The notes beneath the pieces were generated by a model. The model saw nothing but the letters and a program-made list of their open reading frames with translations, was not told the DNA's origin and ran no database searches. Below, one piece after another: positions 1-8,685 of a DNA stretch of 24,000 nt. The DNA lies in the NCBI RefSeq assembly GCF_002564465.1, contig NZ_NUUX01000043.1:31119-55118 (forward strand), written 5' to 3'. Position 1 is the stretch's first letter. Every line of letters starts with the position of its first letter. The translations under genes and the position numbers were made by a program. The stretch is from Bacillus sp. AFS088145 (GTDB lineage Bacteria; Bacillota; Bacilli; Bacillales; Bacillaceae_G).

Positions 1-1
1 A

Positions 2-109
2 CCTGAGGGCCTTCGCTACTGCATAAACTCTGCGGCATTAAGATTTGTTCCATATGAAAAAATGGAAGAAGAGGGCTATGGCAATTATAAGAGTATCTTT
101 CTTAAATAG
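2..109 (+). CDS. msrB: 3' end of peptide-methionine (R)-S-oxide reductase MsrB (5' part outside window)
   Basis: Frame starting at nt 2 reads [35 protein letters not shown]-stop. [13 protein letters not shown] is the conserved MsrB C-terminal motif. A terminator follows. Confidence 0.8.
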   Translation, partial: PEGLRYCINSAALRFVPYEKMEEEGYGNYKSIFLK

Positions 110-160
110 ACTCTAAGGATATTTAACTAAGTACGTTCTAATTGAAATAATTAAAATTTG

Positions 161-192
161 GACCGAGATAGCTATTCGTCTCGGTTTTTTTG
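161..192 (+). terminator. Rho-independent terminator after msrB
   Basis: Stem ACCGAGA (162-168) pairs with TCTCGGT (179-185), followed by a run of 7 T. Confidence 0.7.
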
Positions 193-282
193 TTTATTTA
201 GAAGGGAGATGGAATTGATCTTACCTAATCATTAGTTTTTTAATTTTGTCCTAAATATTTTCTAAAAAGTTTTCTGAAAATA

Positions 283-312
283 TTTACAATTATGAAATAA
301 GTGTGTTAATAT
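283..312 (+). promoter_or_regulatory. Candidate sigmaA promoter for the small membrane-protein gene
   Basis: TTTACA (283-288), 18-nt spacer, TGtTAATAT extended -10 (304-312). Confidence 0.45.
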
Positions 313-385
313 AAAAGTGTCACAAAGTTGTCACAAATTAGGTATTGCAATTCACAAAAAAGATGAAAACAGGAGGTTAATCATT

Positions 386-613
386 ATGAAGCGAACTGAT
401 TATGAAATCGTTGAAACATATACTCAATATTCTGGTATTGCCTTTTTTATTGGTCTTATTCTTTTTTTACTATATTTCACTGGAAGCGGTTTCTTACATA
501 CGGGCGTAAGCTTAACGGTGAGCATAGTATTGATGGGCTCTTGTTCAACCTTATTTCTATTAGGTACTTTTTTGGGATTGATGTTCTCAATTTCTTCAAA
601 AGAACAAGTTTAA
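386..613 (+). CDS. Small hypothetical membrane protein (75 aa, two predicted TM helices)
   Basis: AGGAGG at 371-376 lies 9 nt before ATG 386. The product is hydrophobic (IAFFIGLILFLLYF, VSIVLMGSCSTLFLLGTFLGLMF). The 317 start in the ORF track has no RBS. Confidence 0.55.
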   Translation: MKRTDYEIVETYTQYSGIAFFIGLILFLLYFTGSGFLHTGVSLTVSIVLMGSCSTLFLLGTFLGLMFSISSKEQV

Positions 614-630
614 AAGTTTAAAAAAAGAGT

Positions 631-675
631 GGGTGTTCAAATGGCGATAAGTCATTTGAACGCCCTTTTGTTTTG
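631..675 (+). terminator. Rho-independent terminator
   Basis: 13-bp stem GGGTGTTCAAATG (631-643) pairs with CATTTGAACGCCC (653-665), one G-U pair, then TTTTGTTTTG. Confidence 0.75.
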
Positions 676-782
676 TATAACATATTTTATCGGATACGAG
701 TATAAAGTAATTTGAAACTAAAAATTCTTCCGATACGATTAAAATATGGAAGTTATGATGCACTAGGAGGTGCCGCTAAAGG

Positions 783-2054
783 ATGAATTTTTTTAAAAAG
801 TTAAAAGGTATGGATCGTAATGTGTGGATTCGAGTGATTGGTGAAACGATAACGAGTAGTGCAATGATGATGCTTATGCCATTTTTTGCACTCTACCTAG
901 AAGGAAAAGTTGATTCAATGCTAAAGGTAGGATTTATTATGTCAATTTCACCTATAGCATCATTATTTGGTTCGATGGCTGGTGGTAGACTCGCAGATTT
1001 ATATGGTCGAAAACGTATGATGGTTTATTCGACGCTTGGAACATCTCTTATTTTAGTATCCTTTGCTTTAGCAGAAGGCTATACAGCATTTTTAATTTTA
1101 TCAATTTTACTAGGTATTAGTAACTCGTTCTTTAGTCCAGCAGCTTCTGCTATGGTAGCTGATGTTACTGAACCAGAGAAAAGAACGGAAGCATATGGAT
1201 TATTAAGGGTAGGAAGTAATGTAGGCACTGTAATCGGTCCGTTATTAGGAAGTTCAGTTGTTTACTTTTCGAAAGACAGTTTATTTTATATTGCAGCAAT
1301 CACTTTAGGGCTTTATAGCATTGCACAATTAATTCTATTAAAAGAAACACTTCCTGCAGAAAAGAATGTTAATGAAAAGAATGAAGTAACGAAAATACCT
1401 TTTAAAAAGGTTATGAAAATCATTAGATCTGATAAATTATTAATTTTTTACGTGGCAACAGGCGTAATTATTTCAATGGGTTTCTCTCAAATTGAGGGAA
1501 TGCTTCCACTTTATTTTAAACAAACCTTTCAATCTCAATTTGGTATGTGGAATCCTTACCCATTTTTAATGTCGCTTAATGGATTGTTAGTTGTTCTTTT
1601 GCAATTTCCGATTTCAAGTTATTTATCGAATCGTTCAATTGGAAAAACGATGTTTTATGGAACCATTTTATTTGGCTTAGGTATTTTATCAATCGGCCTT
1701 GCACCTCCAATATTACTTACAGTTGGATTAGGTAAGTGGATAATTCTATTTTTCTTGGCAATTATCTTCATATACTACACTTTTGGGGAAATGGTCATGT
1801 CGCCAGTTCAAATGACATTTGTGGCGAATATTGCACCTGAAGATTTAAGAGCGACCTATATGGCGGTTGGTAGTATGAAATGGACGATTGGTGGATTTCT
1901 TGGACCTTTATTAGGTGGATTTTTATTTGATTTAAAACTTGGAATATGGCTTTTTATAATTCTTGGAACAGGAGTTGTACTATCAGGAATAATGTATCGC
2001 TCACTTGATGAAAAAGTAGCGATTAGAGATAACCAACAGGGTATAGCGCAATAG
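783..2054 (+). CDS. MFS (major facilitator superfamily) transporter, about 12 TM
   Basis: 423-aa ORF, hydrophobic throughout. MFS loop 2-3 motif GGRLADLYGRKRMM. AGGAGG upstream at 765-770. Confidence 0.8.
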   Translation: MNFFKKLKGMDRNVWIRVIGETITSSAMMMLMPFFALYLEGKVDSMLKVGFIMSISPIASLFGSMAGGRLADLYGRKRMMVYSTLGTSLILVSFALAEGYTAFLILSILLGISNSFFSPAASAMVADVTEPEKRTEAYGLLRVGSNVGTVIGPLLGSSVVYFSKDSLFYIAAITLGLYSIAQLILLKETLPAEKNVNEKNEVTKIPFKKVMKIIRSDKLLIFYVATGVIISMGFSQIEGMLPLYFKQTFQSQFGMWNPYPFLMSLNGLLVVLLQFPISSYLSNRSIGKTMFYGTILFGLGILSIGLAPPILLTVGLGKWIILFFLAIIFIYYTFGEMVMSPVQMTFVANIAPEDLRATYMAVGSMKWTIGGFLGPLLGGFLFDLKLGIWLFIILGTGVVLSGIMYRSLDEKVAIRDNQQGIAQ

Positions 2055-2180
2055 TTCTAAGGACGCTTGTTTCTTTGTTACTTCGTCAGTTAAGTAGTGC
2101 TTATTACTCTTGTTAAACTGCCCGGAAACACATGCAATAAGTCTGGAATTTAAGTTTTTGTACCCTTGTCTACAAACTAA

Positions 2181-2210
2181 GTATAGCTTAAGTGGAGCTA
2201 TGCTTTTTTT
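2181..2210 (+). terminator. Rho-independent terminator about 130 nt after the MFS gene
   Basis: Stem GTATAGCT (2181-2188) pairs with AGCTATGC (2196-2203), one G-U pair, then 7 T. Confidence 0.55.
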
Positions 2211-2283
2211 AGTTGTAAAGAAATCACAAAACAGATATCATTGCATATGTTGTAAAGAAAAATAGGTTTCTACCCATAAAAGC

Positions 2284-2312
2284 TTATACACATTTGTATA
2301 AAGTGGTACAAT
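2284..2312 (+). promoter_or_regulatory. Possible ddl promoter
   Basis: TTATAC, 17-nt spacer, TGgTACAAT extended -10 (2304-2312). The -35 is weak. Confidence 0.3.
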
Positions 2313-2343
2313 AGGGAGAGCAAAAAATAGTAGGGGGAACATC

Positions 2344-3441
2344 ATGAAGATTAAGTTAGGATTATTATATGGCGGTAAATCTGCTGAACATAAAGTATCA
2401 TTACAAACAGCTTTTGCCGTTATTTCTGCTTTAGATCACACAAAATTTGATGTGTATCCAATTTATATAACAGAACAAGGCGAATGGTTACAAGGGAAAC
2501 AAATTGAGGGGAAAGTAGAAAGTGTTGCAGCTTTAAAATTCTCAAATGAAGATCAACATGTAAATGAAATCGCTCCTGTCGCGTTAACTTCATCAATTAT
2601 TCCTGCAGCTTCAAATCAAGATTCAACTGGCCCAGTTGACGTTATTTTCCCATTATTACATGGACCAAATGGTGAAGATGGAACAGTTCAAGGTTTACTT
2701 GAGCTATTAAATATCCCTTATGTAGGAAATGGTGTATTAGCTTCAGCGGCTGGTATGGATAAAGTGATTATGAAAAACTTATTTGCTCAGGCTGGAATTC
2801 CTCAAGCTAAATATGTACATTTCTTAAAAACAGAGTGGAAATCAAGTGCAGAGTCTTGCTATGAAGTAGTTGAGAAAGAATTAGGCTATCCTGTATTTGT
2901 TAAACCTGCAAACTTAGGTTCAAGTGTTGGTATTACGAAAGCTAAAAATCGTGAAGCATTAATGGCTTCATTTGAAGAAGCGTTCCAATTTGACCGTAAA
3001 ATAATTATTGAAGAAAATATTGTTGGACGTGAAATTGAAATTGCTGTATTAGGTAACGATCAAGTTGAATGTTCTGTTGTTGGCGAAATCAAACCATCTG
3101 TAGAATTTTATGATTATACTGCAAAATATGAGAGTGGCGATACTGGTCTAATTATCCCAGCTCCTGTAGAAACTGAAACATATGAAAAAATTAAGCATTA
3201 TGCAGAAGTTGCGTTCAAAGCAATCGATGGATCAGGCTTAACTCGTGCTGATTTCTTTGTAACAGAAGATGGTGGCGTATTAATGAATGAAGTTAATACA
3301 ATGCCTGGATTTACTCCATTCAGTATGTATCCTCAATTATGGCAGGCTACTGGATTAACATATCCAAAATTAATTGAAAAATTAATAGACCTAGCAATTG
3401 AACGTTACGAACAAAAACAACAAATTAAATATAATATTTAA
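2344..3441 (+). CDS. ddl: D-alanine--D-alanine ligase
   Basis: 365-aa ATP-grasp protein with Ddl hallmarks ([40 protein letters not shown]). GGGGGA RBS. Lies directly upstream of murF. Confidence 0.95.
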   Translation: MKIKLGLLYGGKSAEHKVSLQTAFAVISALDHTKFDVYPIYITEQGEWLQGKQIEGKVESVAALKFSNEDQHVNEIAPVALTSSIIPAASNQDSTGPVDVIFPLLHGPNGEDGTVQGLLELLNIPYVGNGVLASAAGMDKVIMKNLFAQAGIPQAKYVHFLKTEWKSSAESCYEVVEKELGYPVFVKPANLGSSVGITKAKNREALMASFEEAFQFDRKIIIEENIVGREIEIAVLGNDQVECSVVGEIKPSVEFYDYTAKYESGDTGLIIPAPVETETYEKIKHYAEVAFKAIDGSGLTRADFFVTEDGGVLMNEVNTMPGFTPFSMYPQLWQATGLTYPKLIEKLIDLAIERYEQKQQIKYNI

Positions 3442-3446
3442 CAATT

Positions 3447-3478
3447 GAAAACACTATTCATGGTTGAATAGTGTTTTC
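3447..3478 (+). other. Perfect 14-bp hairpin between ddl and murF (no clear U-tract)
   Basis: GAAAACACTATTCA (3447-3460), loop TGGT, TGAATAGTGTTTTC (3465-3478). Followed by ATGTGAAT rather than a T-run. Confidence 0.5.
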
Positions 3479-3521
3479 ATGTGAATAGAAGAAAAATGCT
3501 ATAGAAGAGGAGTCGGTGACA

Positions 3522-4904
3522 ATGTCAATCGTACGTACTTTATCTCAAATCATTAACATGATCCCTGGTAGCGAATTAAAGGGTGAAGATTTAACAATCA
3601 ACGGAGTTTCAACAGACTCTCGTGTAGACTTAAATGGAAAATTATTTATACCGCTGATCGGTGAAAAATTCGATGCACATCAATTTTTACCTCAAGCAAT
3701 TGAAAATGGTGCTAAAGCAGTACTTTGTTCTAGAAAGTTTTCAAATGTACCAACAAACGCATCTGTCATCTTAGTTGATGATACATTAGAAGCGTTACAA
3801 AAACTGTCTAAATCATATTTAAGTGAGTGGAATGGTAAAATAGTTGGTATAACAGGAAGTAATGGAAAAACATCGACAAAAGATATTTTAACTAGCATTC
3901 TTTCAGCAAAATATAAAGTACATAAAACACAAGGGAACTTTAATAATCATATCGGACTTCCGTTAACAGTATTAGCGATGGCAGAAGATACAGAAGTTGC
4001 TGTCTTAGAAATGGGTATGAGCAATTTTGGAGAAATTGAATTTTTATCTAATTTAGCTGAACCTGACGCGGCAATCATTACAAACATCGGTGAGTCTCAT
4101 ATGCAGGAATTAGGCTCAAGAGCTGGGATCGCAAAGGCGAAGCTTGAGATTGCTAGCGGACTATCAAAGAATGGATTACTTGTCATTAATGGGGATGAAC
4201 CATTATTAATCGAAGGTACAAAAGACAAAAACTTAATCTATACAATCGAAACTTTTGGTTTAAGCGAAAGTAATGATGTATATCCAACATTTATTGAAAT
4301 GAATGAATCTGGTAGTGAATTTGAAATAAATAAAGCTAAGGATGTCCGTTTCAAATTGGGCGTACTAGGCAAACATAATATTAGTAATACATTGGCAGCT
4401 ATTGCAGTTGCGAGAAAGTTTTCATTAACATGGGAAGAAATTAGTTCTGGTATGCAGAATTTAGAAATGACAAAAATGCGTATGGAACTATTAAAGAATG
4501 AAAATGGAATAACAATAATTAATGATGCCTATAATGCAAGTGTTACATCAATGAAAGCTGCTCTTTTATTTGCTTCAGAACTAAAGGGCTATAATCGAAA
4601 ATTTGTTATATTTGGCGACATGTTAGAACTAGGTGATCAAGAAATTGCTTTTCATGAAGAAATTGGAGAAGAAGTTGTAAATCTTCATTTCGATTTTCTT
4701 TATACTTTTGGAACGTTAAGTAAATTTGCAGCAACATCAGCCTTTGAACAAATGGACTCATCAAGAGTAAAAAGCTTCGAAGATAAAAATAAGTTAATTG
4801 AAGATTTATTACAACAAGTTCGACCAAATGACCTAGTATTAGTTAAAGCTTCTAGGGGAATGAAATTAGAAGAAGTTGTAAATGTGTTACTAAATCAGGG
4901 GTAA
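3522..4904 (+). CDS. murF: UDP-N-acetylmuramoyl-tripeptide--D-alanyl-D-alanine ligase
   Basis: Mur ligase P-loop GITGSNGKTSTK and C-terminal Mur ligase domain. AGAGGAG (3506-3512) is 9 nt before ATG 3522. GTG 3516 in the ORF track is too close to the RBS. Confidence 0.92.
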   Translation: MSIVRTLSQIINMIPGSELKGEDLTINGVSTDSRVDLNGKLFIPLIGEKFDAHQFLPQAIENGAKAVLCSRKFSNVPTNASVILVDDTLEALQKLSKSYLSEWNGKIVGITGSNGKTSTKDILTSILSAKYKVHKTQGNFNNHIGLPLTVLAMAEDTEVAVLEMGMSNFGEIEFLSNLAEPDAAIITNIGESHMQELGSRAGIAKAKLEIASGLSKNGLLVINGDEPLLIEGTKDKNLIYTIETFGLSESNDVYPTFIEMNESGSEFEINKAKDVRFKLGVLGKHNISNTLAAIAVARKFSLTWEEISSGMQNLEMTKMRMELLKNENGITIINDAYNASVTSMKAALLFASELKGYNRKFVIFGDMLELGDQEIAFHEEIGEEVVNLHFDFLYTFGTLSKFAATSAFEQMDSSRVKSFEDKNKLIEDLLQQVRPNDLVLVKASRGMKLEEVVNVLLNQG

Positions 4905-5154
4905 GCATATAATCAGGAAGGGAAGGCAAGAGAAGTAGGGATAAAAAATTTTCCTTAATTTCATTCGTTCTGCTCTTCGCTTCTTGTATGTAAAAATATA
5001 CGAAGTGAAAACTTTATACGCGTAATTTAACAAATGAAAACTGTTCGTAATATAAGGGATGAAGAAGGCTAAAAACATGATTTTATGGCGAATTTAAAGA
5101 TAATTTAAGGGTAAAATATAGTTTGGAAAACAAATTGTTAGAATATAACTTCAT

Positions 5155-5182
5155 TTGCTTTTTAGATAGAATGTCCGTATAA
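5155..5182 (+). promoter_or_regulatory. Candidate sigmaA promoter for cshA (leaves about a 140-nt leader)
   Basis: TTGCTT (5155-5160), 16-nt spacer, TATAAT (5177-5182). Confidence 0.35.
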
Positions 5183-5323
5183 TGGGTAGATATTGTTTCC
5201 TTTTCATGATACTTCGGACTATTGTTTTCCACTAAAAACGAACCTTCCATATGAAACAGTCACGAAACATATAATTTTTAAAATTTTTATAGATCAATTG
5301 AGATACAAAGGAGATTAACCAAA

Positions 5324-6874
5324 TTGACAACATTTCAAGAATTAGGATTAAGTAGTAAAATCCTGTTTGCGATTGAAAAATTAGGCTTCGAGGAAGCTAC
5401 ACCAATTCAAGCGCAGACTATTCCATTAGCAAAACAAGGCCATGATGTAATTGGTCAAGCGCAAACTGGTACTGGTAAAACAGCCGCTTTTGGTATTCCA
5501 TTACTAGAAAAAATTGATGTAGATAGTAACAATGTCCAAGGACTTGTTATCGCTCCTACACGAGAACTAGCTATTCAAGTTGGCGAAGAGTTACACAAAA
5601 TCGGTATGAATAAAGGTGTAAAAATCCTTCCGATATACGGTGGACAAGATATTAATCGTCAAATGCGTTCATTAAAAAAATTCCCACATATTATTGTAGG
5701 AACTCCTGGTCGTATTCAAGACCATATTAACCGTCGTACAATTCGCCTAAACAATGTAAATACAGTTGTATTAGATGAAGCGGATGAAATGTTAAACATG
5801 GGATTCATTGAAGATATTGAAGCGATCTTAAAAGAGGTTCCAGAAAATAAACAAACACTTCTTTTCTCTGCAACTATGCCTGATCCAATTCGTCGCATTG
5901 CAGAAACTTTCATGACAAATCCACAAATCGTAAAAGTACAAGCAAAAGAAGTTACAATGCCTAACATTGAACAACATTTTATTGAAGTTCAAGAAAAGAA
6001 AAAATTTGACGTTCTTACACGTTTATTAGATATTCAAACACCAGAATTAGCGATTATTTTCGGCCGTACAAAACGTCGTGTTGATGAATTATCAGAAGCA
6101 TTAAACTTACGTGGATATGCTGCAGAAGGTATTCATGGTGATTTATCACAAGCAAAACGTGAGCAAGTACTTCGTAAATTTAAAGCTGGTTCAATTGATG
6201 TTTTAGTTGCAACTGATGTAGCAGCACGTGGATTAGATATTTCTGGAGTTACACATGTATACAACTTTGATATTCCACAAGATCCTGAAAGCTATGTTCA
6301 TCGTATTGGACGTACAGGACGTGCTGGGAAATCAGGTATAGCGATGTTATTTATTACTCCTCGTGAGTTTAATCAATTAAAAAATATCGAACGTACAACT
6401 AAACGTCGTATGGAACGTATGACTGCACCGACATTAGACGAAGCAATTGAAAGTCAACAACGTATCATTGCTGAAAAATTAACTTCGACTATGGAAAGTG
6501 ATAATTTAGCATTCTACAAACGTATTGCAGAAGAATTACTTGAAGAGCATGATTCTGTAAGTGTTGTAGCTGCAGCTTTAAAAATGTTAACAAAAGAGCC
6601 AAATGAAACACCAATTCGTTTAACTGATGAGCCACCAATGGTCAAACGTGACCGTGGCGGACGCGGAGGAAACGGTGGCGGTGGCGGTGGATACCGTCGT
6701 GGCGAAAATAGACGTGGCGGTGGAGATGGACGTCGTAGCGATAATCGTCGTGGAGATGGACGTCGTGGAGACCGTGATAACCGCGGAGGAAACTTCCGTG
6801 GCAAACGTAACGAAGGTTCTCGTGATAATAACAACCGTGGTGGACAACGCAAACCACAAGACAGCAGTAAATAA
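5324..6874 (+). CDS. cshA: DEAD-box ATP-dependent RNA helicase CshA with R/G/D/N-rich C-terminal tail
   Basis: TTG start 10 nt after AAGGAG. Q-motif EATPIQ, motif [26 protein letters not shown]. The N-terminus resembles B. subtilis CshA. Lies after murF as in B. subtilis. Confidence 0.93.
   Translation: MTTFQELGLSSKILFAIEKLGFEEATPIQAQTIPLAKQGHDVIGQAQTGTGKTAAFGIPLLEKIDVDSNNVQGLVIAPTRELAIQVGEELHKIGMNKGVKILPIYGGQDINRQMRSLKKFPHIIVGTPGRIQDHINRRTIRLNNVNTVVLDEADEMLNMGFIEDIEAILKEVPENKQTLLFSATMPDPIRRIAETFMTNPQIVKVQAKEVTMPNIEQHFIEVQEKKKFDVLTRLLDIQTPELAIIFGRTKRRVDELSEALNLRGYAAEGIHGDLSQAKREQVLRKFKAGSIDVLVATDVAARGLDISGVTHVYNFDIPQDPESYVHRIGRTGRAGKSGIAMLFITPREFNQLKNIERTTKRRMERMTAPTLDEAIESQQRIIAEKLTSTMESDNLAFYKRIAEELLEEHDSVSVVAAALKMLTKEPNETPIRLTDEPPMVKRDRGGRGGNGGGGGGYRRGENRRGGGDGRRSDNRRGDGRRGDRDNRGGNFRGKRNEGSRDNNNRGGQRKPQDSSK
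6650..6860 (+). repeat. Low-complexity codon repeats encoding the RG-rich CshA tail
   Basis: GTGGAGATGGACGTCGT occurs at 6720-6736 and 6750-6766 (30-bp period), among reiterated CGTGG/GGCGG units. Encodes RRGDGRR-type repeats. Confidence 0.8.
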
Positions 6875-6884
6875 GAAACTAGTT

Positions 6885-6917
6885 AAGGTACATGGTAAAA
6901 TCCATGTACCTTTTTTG
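6885..6917 (+). terminator. Rho-independent terminator after cshA
   Basis: AAGGTACATGG (6885-6895) pairs with CCATGTACCTT (6902-6912), then TTTT. Confidence 0.85.
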
Positions 6918-6999
6918 TATATAATTTTATTCTCTCGTAATGTGTGAATTTTGGTAGATTCCATAAACTAATTAAAAACATATGAGAGTTGGAATGAAA

Positions 7000-7965
7000 A
7001 TGTTAGTAAGACTTGGGTATGTCGCAATGAGTATGAATTTACAAAACGCCTCGCCATCAAAGACAATGACGGTTGCTCAGTTTTTAAAACAAAAGGATAA
7101 AGATGCGGCTATTCGTAAGCTAGAGCAAATTGCTAAAACCAATATTAATAACTGTCTAAGACTACTAAAGCACAACAAGGCACATGATATATCTTTTTTT
7201 CGCCTGAGCAGTAAGTTAATACCATTAGCAAACCATGAAGAAGTAGCAGATTGGAATTACATAAAGCCATTAAAGGAAAGTTTACTCGAGTTAGGTAAAT
7301 TTGCAATTACGAATGAAATGAGGATTGATTTTCATCCAGATCATTTCGTTATCTTGAACTCAACTGATGAAGAGTTATTAAAAACATCCGTAAAAACCTT
7401 AAAAATGCATTATCAACTTTTAAAAGCGATGAAGATTAATACAGAACAACGATGTGTACTCCATATTGGTGGAGGGTATGATGATAAGGAAAAATCATTG
7501 GAACAATTAATAGAGAATTTTAGCCTTGTTCCTGCGCAAATTCAAAAAATGCTAATGTTTGAAAATGATGATACTACCTTTACGTTTGATGAAACATTAT
7601 TTGCCTGTGAAAAATTAGGAGTACCGCTTGTATTTGACTATCATCATCATCTAGTCAATCACACAAATGAAGATTGGGTTAAAAATTGGAGCTATGCAGT
7701 CGATACATGGAAAGCTTCGAGTTTGCCTATGAAAATGCATATATCAAGTCCTAGAGATGAGAAAGACATACGTGCTCATGCAGATTTTGTGGACCCTAAC
7801 ATTTTTATTACATTTTTAAATGAAATTTATGGCTCGGTTAGGCAAATTGATTGTATGATTGAAGCAAAACAAAAAGATAATGCACTATTTCAATTAATAG
7901 ATGATATGAAAGCTCATCCGTCTATTGAAATGGTTAATGATTCAAACTTTTATTTTAAACCGTAG
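7000..7965 (+). CDS. uvsE: UV damage endonuclease (UVDE/UvsE family, TIM barrel)
   Basis: N-terminus MLVRLGYVAMSMNLQNASPSKTMT matches the UvsE family start (RxGYV...ASPxKT). Contains FHPDHF, HIGG and DYHHH metal-site motifs. In-frame ATGs at 6982 and 6994 are alternative starts, and all have weak RBSs. Confidence 0.85.
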   Translation: MLVRLGYVAMSMNLQNASPSKTMTVAQFLKQKDKDAAIRKLEQIAKTNINNCLRLLKHNKAHDISFFRLSSKLIPLANHEEVADWNYIKPLKESLLELGKFAITNEMRIDFHPDHFVILNSTDEELLKTSVKTLKMHYQLLKAMKINTEQRCVLHIGGGYDDKEKSLEQLIENFSLVPAQIQKMLMFENDDTTFTFDETLFACEKLGVPLVFDYHHHLVNHTNEDWVKNWSYAVDTWKASSLPMKMHISSPRDEKDIRAHADFVDPNIFITFLNEIYGSVRQIDCMIEAKQKDNALFQLIDDMKAHPSIEMVNDSNFYFKP

Positions 7966-7990
7966 TACTCGAAAGTTAGGGTGAGGAAAT

Positions 7991-8344
7991 ATGATCGTAG
8001 GTATTGGATTAGATTTAGTAGAAATTGAACGAATGAAAGAAATTATAAGCTCGCAGCCACGGTTTGCGAAAAGGATTTTAACTGAAGCAGAATATGAAAT
8101 ATACGAAAACTTATCAGAACGAAGAAAACTTGAATTTTTATCAGGAAGATTCGCCGCAAAAGAAGCATGTTCAAAAGCTTTTGGTACAGGAATTGGGAAG
8201 GAATTAGGATTTCATGACATTGAAATCTTGAATGACGAAAAAGGTAAGCCTGTCTTAACCGTTGATTTGCCGTTTATACCGTTTTTATCAATTACGCATA
8301 CTGAACATTATGCTGCTGCTCAAGTGGTCTTACAGCAAATATAA
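7991..8344 (+). CDS. acpS: Holo-[acyl-carrier-protein] synthase (4'-phosphopantetheinyl transferase)
   Basis: 117 aa, MIVGIGLDLVEIERM...FAAKEA...SITHT is the typical AcpS pattern. GTGAGGA RBS. Confidence 0.92.
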   Translation: MIVGIGLDLVEIERMKEIISSQPRFAKRILTEAEYEIYENLSERRKLEFLSGRFAAKEACSKAFGTGIGKELGFHDIEILNDEKGKPVLTVDLPFIPFLSITHTEHYAAAQVVLQQI

Positions 8345-8357
8345 TACCCTTTTAAAC

Positions 8358-8387
8358 AGTCACTCTTTTGGGTGGCTTTTCTTTTTT
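8358..8387 (+). terminator. Weak terminator after acpS
   Basis: AGTCACT (8358-8364) pairs with GGTGGCT (8371-8377) with G-U pairs, then TTTTCTTTTTT. Confidence 0.45.
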
Positions 8388-8685
8388 GTACTCTTAGTAG
8401 TTAAATTTTAAAGATTAATTAATAAGTGTAACTACTCCATTGTCTTCACTTACTGCCCTAGCCAATCAGAGTGTTTTCTTTAAATTTTTTAAATTAGCTT
8501 GTCATGCTAGTCTGCATATTTTAGAGCTTGACCTCATATAGTTTCATGAGGATATGAGAAGCAAGGTTGCAACGTGCATGAATAAATCTAGATTTTACTT
8601 CTAAGCTACTCGCGCACATTTATTCATAAGCCTTTGCACAAAATTCTCTTTTTAACAATTTAAGAGGAATAAAGGAGCTGGGGAG

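Noticed and set aside
317-385. N-terminal extension of the small membrane protein (GTG 317 start in the ORF track)
   Set aside because: It overlaps the candidate promoter and leader repeats and has no RBS. AGGAGG sits correctly in front of ATG 386.
2055-2343. Riboswitch or T-box upstream of ddl (and similarly upstream of alr and the MFS gene)
   Set aside because: I could not recognise any conserved riboswitch or T-box core sequence. Only ordinary terminator and promoter-like elements are present.
4890-5078. 62-aa - strand ORF in the murF-cshA spacer
   Set aside because: No RBS is present. It overlaps the murF stop, and its product is typical of a random AT-rich frame.
6514-6964. Four long overlapping ORFs (6514-6852 -, 6620-6964 -, 6627-6947 +, 6642-6857 -) over the 3' end of cshA
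   Set aside because: They are by-products of the GC-rich, stop-poor RG-codon repeats. Their products are low-complexity (P/R-, T/V- and H/R-rich) and they have no RBS. The cshA frame is continuous with a well-conserved helicase core.
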